A stretch of DNA of 64,000 nucleotides from a virus, in IMG/VR virus record IMGVR_UViG_3300033998_000095, positions 48,007-112,006 of that record; one strand, given 5' to 3'. Under the pieces are notes generated by a model, which worked only from the letters and a program-made list of their open reading frames with translations, was not told the DNA's origin and did not search any database. How positions within the stretch are numbered: position 1 is the first letter of the stretch; every line of letters starts with the position of its first letter. Positions 10,668-18,255 of this stretch are shown piece after piece. A program made the position numbers and the translations under genes.

Positions 10668-10834
10668 CTAGTACCCCCTATTCAAAATATCCATATATAT
10701 TATTATAATGATATGGAGTAAAATCCATATCGATCATATAGCATTGCCACAGCAGAACCACCAGGCTCCCTAAATAATATATCACATCAGGAGATATATA
10801 TCTCCAAATATTTTTTAACTGTCTTTGTGGATTA

Positions 10835-10863
10835 AGTATAGCATAATATCTCTCACTTATCAA
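10835..10863 (-). promoter_or_regulatory. Sigma70-type promoter for the PolB C half
   Basis: TTGATA-17-TATACT with extended TG. Confidence 0.6.
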
Positions 10864-10905
10864 GCATATTAATATTAATAATCTCTTTAATGATATAAAA
10901 ATTTA

Positions 10906-10929
10906 CATATATATTATTATAATGAAAGA
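10906..10929 (+). promoter_or_regulatory. Repeated promoter motif CATATATATTATTATAATGAAAGA
   Basis: Identical 24-mer at 50532-50555 and a 20-mer copy at 10692-10711; contains TATAAT. Confidence 0.6.
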
Positions 10930-10999
10930 AGAAGTTTGTAGCTGTGTTTTACAGGCTTTTTCTTTCAAATATTTTTTTTACTTTTAGGGGGGTATTATT

Positions 11000-11218
11000 A
11001 TGTTTAAGGTTGTAATTGAATCTTTATTTAATGATAGGTATGGGAAAGGTAAAAGGAAAGAATTCGTAGTATTAAGTAAAGCAGTTGCTATTCAAAAAGC
11101 AACTGCATTTAGTAAGCATTCTTGTGTAGAAGTTATCGATCACCATAAACAATGTATTGCTTATGGAGATCCAGTAGTAGGATTCAAGGAGATTGAGAGT
11201 TATGAGCACAATTTGTAA
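11000..11218 (+). CDS. Small hypothetical protein
   Basis: RBS GGGGGGT; first gene after the repeated promoter motif. Confidence 0.65.
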   Translation: MFKVVIESLFNDRYGKGKRKEFVVLSKAVAIQKATAFSKHSCVEVIDHHKQCIAYGDPVVGFKEIESYEHNL

Positions 11219-11534
11219 GATATATAAAGCAGTACTGTCAACTACAGTACTGCCAAATGATGGAATTTATCAGGTAAGAACTCTTGAAACCTTACCTGAT
11301 ATCACAGGGGTGCCTCATTATATAGGACACCCTGCAACAAAAGCAATTGTAGAACAGCTTGGAGCAGTTGAAGCTTCCTCCAAGCTGTTCCAAGGATTAG
11401 ATGTTGGAGAAGCAGCTGTATGCTTTGCCATCAAGCAAGGGAGAAGTACTAGAAAGGATGAAGGGTTCACAACTCCTCATCAAGAAGTTAGCATTGATGA
11501 TCTTTCTGTAAGAGAGATCATCAGATTAGAGTAA
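11193..11534 (+). CDS. DUF1874/YddF-family protein (AcrIII-1-like cA4 ring nuclease); likely start ATG ~11202
   Basis: ~110 aa; AVLSTTVL..DGIYQV, YIGHPAT, AVCFAI..R...EG and C-terminal IIRLE align by eye with the YddF/B116 family. Confidence 0.7.
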   Translation: MRVMSTICKIYKAVLSTTVLPNDGIYQVRTLETLPDITGVPHYIGHPATKAIVEQLGAVEASSKLFQGLDVGEAAVCFAIKQGRSTRKDEGFTTPHQEVSIDDLSVREIIRLE

Positions 11535-11540
11535 TAGAAA

Positions 11541-11576
11541 ATGGAAATGATCTGAGAATACTCAGGTCATTTCCAT
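11541..11576 (+). terminator. Hairpin terminator
   Basis: ATGGAAATGATCTGAG/CTCAGGTCATTTCCAT stem. Confidence 0.7.
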
Positions 11577-11600
11577 AAATACATAATTAAGAATAAGGAG

Positions 11601-12110
11601 ATGATAGTGATGATATCAATGAAAAGGTTAACAAAATTATTTGTTTTATCTTTTATTATAAGCTACTTCTGTATAAATACAGGATTAGCATATGGGAATA
11701 ATCTACATTTAGGAACAATTCCAAATGTAGATTATAAAATAGCTGAAAATAATGGTAATAATACTATCACCATCAATGAAAGTGGCTCATCTAACATTGA
11801 TGTAATATTAGATGAGTATGGTGATGTTTGTTTTAATATCAAAAAGATAAATCTCTATTTTACTGCAAATATATTTGCTGTATTAGATATCCTAACACAG
11901 CTTGATGTTATTGAACCAGGTACATATAGAAATATGATTTTGGATGACAATGGAGTGACATTTGAAGTTGGTGTTAGCTCTGTGAAAAAAGATAACGTCA
12001 TGATGTGCATTAGTAATCAAGATATATCACTAATTCTAGACATTAAAACACCTAAACAGTTTCAATGTCTAGAAGATATAGAAAACAATATTCGCTCCTT
12101 ATTTAAATGA
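11601..12110 (+). CDS. Exported/membrane hypothetical protein
   Basis: Signal-peptide-like N-terminus (MKRLTKLFVLSFII...GLA). Confidence 0.6.
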   Translation: MIVMISMKRLTKLFVLSFIISYFCINTGLAYGNNLHLGTIPNVDYKIAENNGNNTITINESGSSNIDVILDEYGDVCFNIKKINLYFTANIFAVLDILTQLDVIEPGTYRNMILDDNGVTFEVGVSSVKKDNVMMCISNQDISLILDIKTPKQFQCLEDIENNIRSLFK

Positions 12111-12116
12111 ATAGAT

Positions 12117-12159
12117 AAAGATATCAAGCGTGATTAAACGAATCACGCTTGATATCTTT
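12117..12159. terminator. Bidirectional terminator between the cassette and the PolB N half
   Basis: Perfect 19-bp stem with A/T tails. Confidence 0.8.
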
Positions 12160-12187
12160 TATTTAAGTAATATATTTCACTATATAT

Positions 12188-15100
12188 TTATTTTTGGTTT
12201 GTCAATACAAGATCAGAATCCAATATTTCATTTGGTTTAACTTGCATTAATTGTCCATCTCTCTCAATCATAATAGAATGGTCTTCAGTTACAATTAATT
12301 CTTTTCCACTTTCAGTTCTAATTCTATACATTGGTTTATTAACTTTATGTCGTGATATATTATTTATTGATCTATATACAGCATCAGAATCTTCATATGT
12401 AAGTACTTTGTCATTTGCAAAGATATATTCTCTTCCTATATAATTCATAAGTTTGTATTCCTTATGCCTTTCAAATAGATCTTTGATTGGTATACCTTCT
12501 GGATATTGTTCAGTATTTATTTTTGTATTTTCATCAACAGAATCACCATATACTATATTCTCCAGTACATCAGCATCGAGAAATCTTGTATCAAATTCAT
12601 ATGGTTCAATATCCATCTTGTGAGCATCTCTCATTTTATTTAAATACTGATGAATATGATATGCACCCATTGTTACTATTTCTCTTCCAGATGCAGTTAT
12701 AGTCTCTGCAGATGGAAAATGAAACAGTCTAAAATATTGATTAGCAATTCCACCATATAGTGAGTTAGTAAGAACCTTATAAGTAAATTGCCAGTTATTA
12801 TATCTTTCTGCTAACATATGATTATTATTCTCAATAGCTTTAAACATTTCATTTTTATATCGTTTACGTTCTCTAATAAGCATATCTATAATTTCATAAT
12901 AAACTGACAATTTCGTGTTATGATTGACATACATTGTACCCATTATTGTTATTATCAAATTGTGTTTCGTTATAGTCTCATGCAATTTCTGTACTGTTAT
13001 CTGTTTAACATTTAAGTTCTTATCTTCATAATTAATAAGTCTATCTGGTTGAGGTAATAATTCATCTCTATTATAGATATACTCACGAGCTATATATTCA
13101 TCTACCTTACCAACATAGGTGTCAATAGAAATATTATATCGTGCAATGATATATGGATACAGAGAAGAAAGATCCAAATCAGCCAACCAGTTATATAATC
13201 CTTTTAATGGTTTTCTTACAAAAGCACCTTTAAGCTTTTCTGTTTCCTGATCATTATCTTTATCATATTCATATTTTTTACATATAACTGTCTTATTTTG
13301 TTTATCCAATGTTGTAAATAGAATACCATCTATAATTGGAAGTGTGCTGAATGATTCCTCCCAACTGATGTTGGTAGCTCTTATAATGTTAAATTGAATA
13401 TCAATATATTTAAGTTTATTGTCCAACTTTCTAACAAGATGAACATCATTAATATTATAAGCAATGAATCTATTGGGATCTGATAACCACATATCATCAA
13501 ATCGTTTGTCAAGAGACAATTTCTTTATACCAAGTTCGAATTCAGCAATAAATCCAAGTGTATATGATTCTCTTTTACTGAATGTTCTTTTCTTATACAA
13601 TGTTAAATAATCACATTCCACGACATATGGAATGTATGGTTTATTAGTTCTCTCATTAATAAAAATACGACCATATTTGTTTTTACATTCTATTCCAAGA
13701 TATTGTGATCTATTAATAATAATTGGCCAGTCAAATGCTGATGAGTTCCATCCTGTTACAAGATCAGGATCTATTTCATCAAATTTTTGAATAAACCCGT
13801 TCAACATCTTTCTCTCATCATTATATACAAATATTTCAATATTACATTCGTCTTTATATTCAAGATGTTTGATTATTTCTTGTTTATCAATGTTCAAATT
13901 GAATGAGTTGTTTATAAATGTATAATAAGTATCAGTATAGTTATCATACAGGGTTATCAACGATATAGCATATCTCTTTGCAGCTGCCATCATGTCATCA
14001 AGAAGCATCATATTGCCATTGAGAAACAATTCGATATCTATAGCAGCAATTCTTAATGGTTGTTCAGTCTCAGTATAAGTATTTCTAAACTGAATATTCT
14101 TATATACTGATAGATTCATATCTCCAAAGACATTAAACCCTTTACTCTTCAAATCATTTATTACATTTACTCTATCTTTAAACTGTATAACCTTGAGCTT
14201 TAGTTTATCCTTGTATTCAACAGTATTATTTGATTTACCATAATATAGAGCATATTTATCATCTGTAGTATGAATTATTTTATCTTGTCCTCTTCTTAAT
14301 ATATAATTAACTTCAGATTTAAGATAATTGTATACTGTATTGACTAACATTATATTATCTGATGTATTACTTGTGGTATCAGTATCACTCTTATTGTCAT
14401 TAACTGTTTCATATTTAGTATTGTTAGGAATAGGAAATAACTTCCTCACATCATCAGTAGTATAAGACATATGTGGTTGAACATTATCTTTTGATTCTAC
14501 AGCATATCTTATTTGTTTTAACCTATTAGCAAAAATATCGTATCTGGACATATTTCTGCATATTGCTGATGGATGAATACATGGCAATAATAGATGATCA
14601 TTATATTTATATATCTTTGTCATAGCATCAGTTATCTTATCTGTTATACCAAATCTACTACATGGATAATTACCAAGTGGAACTATAACAGCATCAGCAG
14701 GTAATTTAGAAATGATTAACTCTAGATTGTCAAAACAATATGCTATCTCATCTTTCATTGGTGGGTTTGATGGTTGATGAAAACATAAACAAACATTCAT
14801 AACACCCCAATGAATATCATTAAAACCAGTATTATCTAATGTTTGTCTTAATAACTGTCCTGCACGTCCAACAAAGGGTTTTCCTTCTTTAATTTCATTG
14901 ACAGCTGGTGCTTCTCCAACAAATAATACTTTAACTTGAGATATATCATTTGTTGTAAAATCAAAAATAGTTCTTTGTATATCATCTTTATTATTAGATT
15001 TGCATAATGCACATTGTGTAATGAGTCTCTTTTCTATCTCATCTTTCAATGGAGAGATAGTATCTATAGTATCTTCAACATTGCAAGAAACAATAGATTC

Positions 15101-15478
15101 TTGATTAAGATTTTCAGTATTATTATTTTTTGTCAATGTAAGATATGTTTTAATATCTTCTTCTGATAAATAGGGATGTTGGTGTTTTAATTGATTTATT
15201 TCATCAGTAACTTTCTTTGATTTGTTTGACATATATTGTATCTGTTTAGATCTATTAATATTTCTGTGAAATTCAGATAATTTATCAAAAGGTACATTTC
15301 GTGCAAGTATAGGATTAGTATTAATTAACTGATCTAAGTATATACAAGATAACACATCATCTTCAGATATATTTAATATCGTAGATATATTAAGTTGTTT
15401 AACTGAATCATCCAATGAATCAGTCTTATGTTGTATATAATAAATGTATTTAGTTAGTGGTGATAACTCTTTTGCCAT
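12188..15478 (-). CDS. UDG family 4-PolB (exonuclease and palm N part)-split intein N fusion
   Basis: UDG: CALC, VGEAP, PFVGRAG, HPSA. Exonuclease: DIE, GWNSSAFD, YNIND. Polymerase: DLSSLYP, KVLTNSLYG, YGD. Followed by intein SVDENT...TEDHS. Confidence 0.95.
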   Translation of the reverse strand: MAKELSPLTKYIYYIQHKTDSLDDSVKQLNISTILNISEDDVLSCIYLDQLINTNPILARNVPFDKLSEFHRNINRSKQIQYMSNKSKKVTDEINQLKHQHPYLSEEDIKTYLTLTKNNNTENLNQESIVSCNVEDTIDTISPLKDEIEKRLITQCALCKSNNKDDIQRTIFDFTTNDISQVKVLFVGEAPAVNEIKEGKPFVGRAGQLLRQTLDNTGFNDIHWGVMNVCLCFHQPSNPPMKDEIAYCFDNLELIISKLPADAVIVPLGNYPCSRFGITDKITDAMTKIYKYNDHLLLPCIHPSAICRNMSRYDIFANRLKQIRYAVESKDNVQPHMSYTTDDVRKLFPIPNNTKYETVNDNKSDTDTTSNTSDNIMLVNTVYNYLKSEVNYILRRGQDKIIHTTDDKYALYYGKSNNTVEYKDKLKLKVIQFKDRVNVINDLKSKGFNVFGDMNLSVYKNIQFRNTYTETEQPLRIAAIDIELFLNGNMMLLDDMMAAAKRYAISLITLYDNYTDTYYTFINNSFNLNIDKQEIIKHLEYKDECNIEIFVYNDERKMLNGFIQKFDEIDPDLVTGWNSSAFDWPIIINRSQYLGIECKNKYGRIFINERTNKPYIPYVVECDYLTLYKKRTFSKRESYTLGFIAEFELGIKKLSLDKRFDDMWLSDPNRFIAYNINDVHLVRKLDNKLKYIDIQFNIIRATNISWEESFSTLPIIDGILFTTLDKQNKTVICKKYEYDKDNDQETEKLKGAFVRKPLKGLYNWLADLDLSSLYPYIIARYNISIDTYVGKVDEYIAREYIYNRDELLPQPDRLINYEDKNLNVKQITVQKLHETITKHNLIITIMGTMYVNHNTKLSVYYEIIDMLIRERKRYKNEMFKAIENNNHMLAERYNNWQFTYKVLTNSLYGGIANQYFRLFHFPSAETITASGREIVTMGAYHIHQYLNKMRDAHKMDIEPYEFDTRFLDADVLENIVYGDSVDENTKINTEQYPEGIPIKDLFERHKEYKLMNYIGREYIFANDKVLTYEDSDAVYRSINNISRHKVNKPMYRIRTESGKELIVTEDHSIMIERDGQLMQVKPNEILDSDLVLTNQK
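12191..12541 (-). other. Split intein N fragment (117 aa, Ser1, block B TEDH)
   Basis: Begins right after YGD; contains LIVTEDHSIM; ends at the stop codon. Confidence 0.93.
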
Positions 15479-15557
15479 GAATTAAAATCCCCCATCATAT
15501 AATAATCATATAGACAATGTTTTATTTAACTAAACTTGGCAAGAAGTCTCCCATCTT

Positions 15558-16823
15558 CTACAAGTGGGAGATGAATTGCCAATTATTGTTATGATTTATG
15601 AACTCTATATGCTTAAAACTAACTTGTTTATAAGATTTATTTGGTATAGTGATATAATTACCTTCTATATCTTGTATATATGCACCACCATTAGTAAAGC
15701 CTGTTATAAAACCAACTTTACCAAATACCTTCACTTTATCATTAAGATAAAAGCCATTTCTATATTTAGTGTTTTTACTGTTTCTTTTTTGAGTTCGATT
15801 TGGTTCTTTTCTACCTTTTCTTGGTATTGCTTCATGTAAACTACGCTTCTTTTTTCTAAATTGCTTTATTTTGAAGTAGTTGTCTGGATTATGCTTTATA
15901 CTTTCTATTCCTGTTATAGCTATCGCATCATTATAATGAGTTTTTTCTAAGCCTAATTCTTTTCTTCTTATAGTTGTATAACTGCCATAGACTATATTGG
16001 CTTCTGGGTATTTTTCAAAAACTCTACGTCTTATAATGTTCATTAATGGAGTTTCTTTATAACTTGGCATCTTTTTCTTTTCCATCATCCATTTGTAAAA
16101 TATGCCACCTTCTTGATGATTTTTATGTGTATGACAATCTGTGCAAACTGTTATTAAATTACTTGGTCTATCTGTACCACCTTTAGACTTATATACTATG
16201 TGGTGAGTTTGCAAAATCTTGCCTTTCTTCTTACATACTTGACAAGTATAATTATCTCTTGCAAATACATAATATCTCACATCATAGTAACCATAAGTTT
16301 CCCCTTGCTGGTATTCTACACCTTCTATGTCTGGATTCATCATTTTTTGAACATCAAATTTGCCTACTTCAATGCACAACTTAGGGCTTGGCAGTAAATT
16401 TATAAAGTTGTCTATCCATCTAAATGTATTATCAATTCTACTTTGAATTGAAGGTGGTAGCCAATCTTCTGGTCTCTTTCGGTTATTAAATCTAGGTTTT
16501 CTATATTTAGTTTTTCTATATCTCCTACTTCTACGATACTGCCTTCTTATATCTAAATTTTTCTTTACATCATTTCTTAGTTCAATTTCTCCTTTTATAA
16601 GAACTTTATCTTCACTTGTTACTGCTATTCCTATGTGTTTAGAGCCTAAATCTACACCTAAAGTTACAGGTTGTTTATAGCCACTACTTCCGTATAAAAG
16701 CTGAATTGTAAAAGGTTTATAACTAATTATCTTAGCTTTCTTTTGTTGTAGTAATTTTCTAGCTTTACTAGGTTTACATGGCATTAAATTTTCACCATGC
16801 TTATTTTTTACGAACACTAACAT
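15558..16823 (-). CDS. iscB: RNA-guided endonuclease IscB
   Basis: NLMPC (PLMP), RuvC-I GVDLG, Arg-rich bridge helix, WLPPS, RuvC-II IEVGKFD, HNH (THHIV...SNLITVC..CH), RuvC-III HYNDA. Confidence 0.95.
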   Translation of the reverse strand: MLVFVKNKHGENLMPCKPSKARKLLQQKKAKIISYKPFTIQLLYGSSGYKQPVTLGVDLGSKHIGIAVTSEDKVLIKGEIELRNDVKKNLDIRRQYRRSRRYRKTKYRKPRFNNRKRPEDWLPPSIQSRIDNTFRWIDNFINLLPSPKLCIEVGKFDVQKMMNPDIEGVEYQQGETYGYYDVRYYVFARDNYTCQVCKKKGKILQTHHIVYKSKGGTDRPSNLITVCTDCHTHKNHQEGGIFYKWMMEKKKMPSYKETPLMNIIRRRVFEKYPEANIVYGSYTTIRRKELGLEKTHYNDAIAITGIESIKHNPDNYFKIKQFRKKKRSLHEAIPRKGRKEPNRTQKRNSKNTKYRNGFYLNDKVKVFGKVGFITGFTNGGAYIQDIEGNYITIPNKSYKQVSFKHIEFINHNNNWQFISHL

Positions 16824-16839
16824 AAAGTGCTCCTCCTTT

Positions 16840-17059
16840 CAGGAGTTGTTGCCCTTCGCCAATGTTATCTATCCTTACATGTGAAGCCGACTATCCCTAC
16901 CCCTTAGGATTGTTTACGTACTCCACGACAGAGCTTGGAACTAGGGCATCATTCCAATGTGTCATAAGATAGATAACGTAGCTTTCGCTTAGGCTAGTCA
17001 ACTAGGGCTTACAAGCCCCCACTTCAAGCACCTATGGTGCTAAGTGGTGGGTAGTTGAC
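16840..17059 (-). ncRNA. IscB omegaRNA (HEARO-like)
   Basis: GTCAACTAC...GTTGACTAGCC...CTACGTT...AACATTGGCGAAGGG upstream of iscB. Confidence 0.85.
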
Positions 17060-17093
17060 TTGAAGTGGGAGATACTGTTTTAGCTATTTATTA

Positions 17094-17474
17094 TTATTCT
17101 GTTTTCTCTGTAGTAGTTTGCTGAGATTCAGCAACGTGTTCAGTATATCCAGGTATATCTTTTACACTATCAGCTATTGGTACGCACATAATGAATTCAT
17201 CATCACTAATAAATTCTAGATTTTCCAACTTTACCATAAAATACTTAGCTAACTCATTAGATCTAATACCAGTTACAGTTTCAAATGCAACCATCTTTAT
17301 ATCATCGATACTTCTAAATGCATTTGGTACTAATACCTTAAAAGAAGAACCATGTCTAGATATCAACGATACAACTGCAGATACATGGTCATTGTCTGCT
17401 CCTTCTGTAAAAGCACTATCTTTACATGAAATATTGATTGTTACTAATATAGAACTTGCACCTTGATATTTCAT
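17094..17474 (-). CDS. Hypothetical protein
   Basis: RBS GGAGGT; promoter at 17519-17547. Confidence 0.7.
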   Translation of the reverse strand: MKYQGASSILVTINISCKDSAFTEGADNDHVSAVVSLISRHGSSFKVLVPNAFRSIDDIKMVAFETVTGIRSNELAKYFMVKLENLEFISDDEFIMCVPIADSVKDIPGYTEHVAESQQTTTEKTE

Positions 17475-17518
17475 TTTAATACCTCCTGTAGTTTATGATA
17501 GGTATCTCTATCAGTATC

Positions 17519-17547
17519 ATTCTACCAAGTAAGATAATAACTGTCAA
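17519..17547 (-). promoter_or_regulatory. Sigma70 promoter, probably driving the 17474 gene-IscB-PolB N transcript
   Basis: TTGACA-17-TAGAAT with extended TG. Confidence 0.7.
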
Positions 17548-17554
17548 GTCTATT

Positions 17555-17648
17555 TTTTTAGAAATATTCAGTGGTTAGAAGTCCGCTACGCAGCCCTCTA
17601 ACCACTGATGAGAAGATACTATAATCCTATCTGATGATGAGTAATACC
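17555..17648 (-). ncRNA. Candidate ~90-nt small RNA
   Basis: Promoter TTGACA-17-TATTAT (17655-17683) followed by no ORF and a 12-bp stem hairpin (17568-17608). Confidence 0.35.
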
Positions 17649-17688
17649 TAGTATATAATAACATATATTATAAACAATGTCAAATAAT

Positions 17689-18255
17689 CTATGGTACTAA
17701 AGTTACATATGATATAGCTGCCATTATAATGGAAAATGCAACACTGATAACAGTTAATACCAGTTTATTATGATGTTTAAGCTCTTCAATATCAGATGTT
17801 ATTTTCATTATTTTGTCATATAATGGACTACCTACTTGAAAGACAGATTCTAATATATCTTGAGTATATTTATTTTGTAATATATCTTTTTCATTACGCC
17901 ATGTCTTAAGTTGCTCTATCATTTCTTTATTATCTTCAAACATTTTTTTAATTTCAAGTAGCATATTCTTCTCATTATCAGATATAGTATTTATTTTCTT
18001 TTCCAATAATACATCTAAAGTTTTAATACATTCATCAATTTTTTCTGATATAACTTCTCTATTTTTCATGATAATATCATAAAGTTGTGATCGAGAGGGT
18101 GGTGCAGTTACATATGTTAATAACTCATTTATTGATTTGGTAAGTTCTTTAATGGCTTCAAGGTTGTCTTCCTGAGGTTTGATGATAGTAGCTAGTATAG
18201 TCTCAACAAACTTAGCTGGTATATATTCATCTTGTGCCACGTTATGCACCACCAT
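17689..18255 (-). CDS. Coiled-coil protein with C-terminal TM helix (XhlA/holin-like architecture)
   Basis: Heptad-rich body and C-terminal LVLTVISVAFSIIMAAISYV; overlaps the upstream gene. Confidence 0.45.
   Translation of the reverse strand: MVVHNVAQDEYIPAKFVETILATIIKPQEDNLEAIKELTKSINELLTYVTAPPSRSQLYDIIMKNREVISEKIDECIKTLDVLLEKKINTISDNEKNMLLEIKKMFEDNKEMIEQLKTWRNEKDILQNKYTQDILESVFQVGSPLYDKIMKITSDIEELKHHNKLVLTVISVAFSIIMAAISYVTLVP

Larger units (their letters stand above)
15530..17059 (-). mobile_element. IS200/IS605 IscB (OMEGA) element 1, non-autonomous
   Basis: GTCAACTACCC end hairpin, omegaRNA, iscB, terminal hairpin, then flanking TTAAA. Confidence 0.88.

Noticed and set aside
10678-10863. 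61-aa minus-strand ORF upstream of pol-C
   Set aside because: Its TTG start coincides with the -35 box and it has no RBS; probably leader sequence.
10668-12187. Group I/II intron joining the polymerase halves
   Set aside because: No intron core is seen; complete intein motifs and a separate promoter and RBS explain the split.
15558-16823. Cas9 or a simple HNH homing endonuclease (also 40557-41870)
   Set aside because: The PLMP domain, ~430-aa size and upstream omegaRNA identify these as IscB; no array is present.
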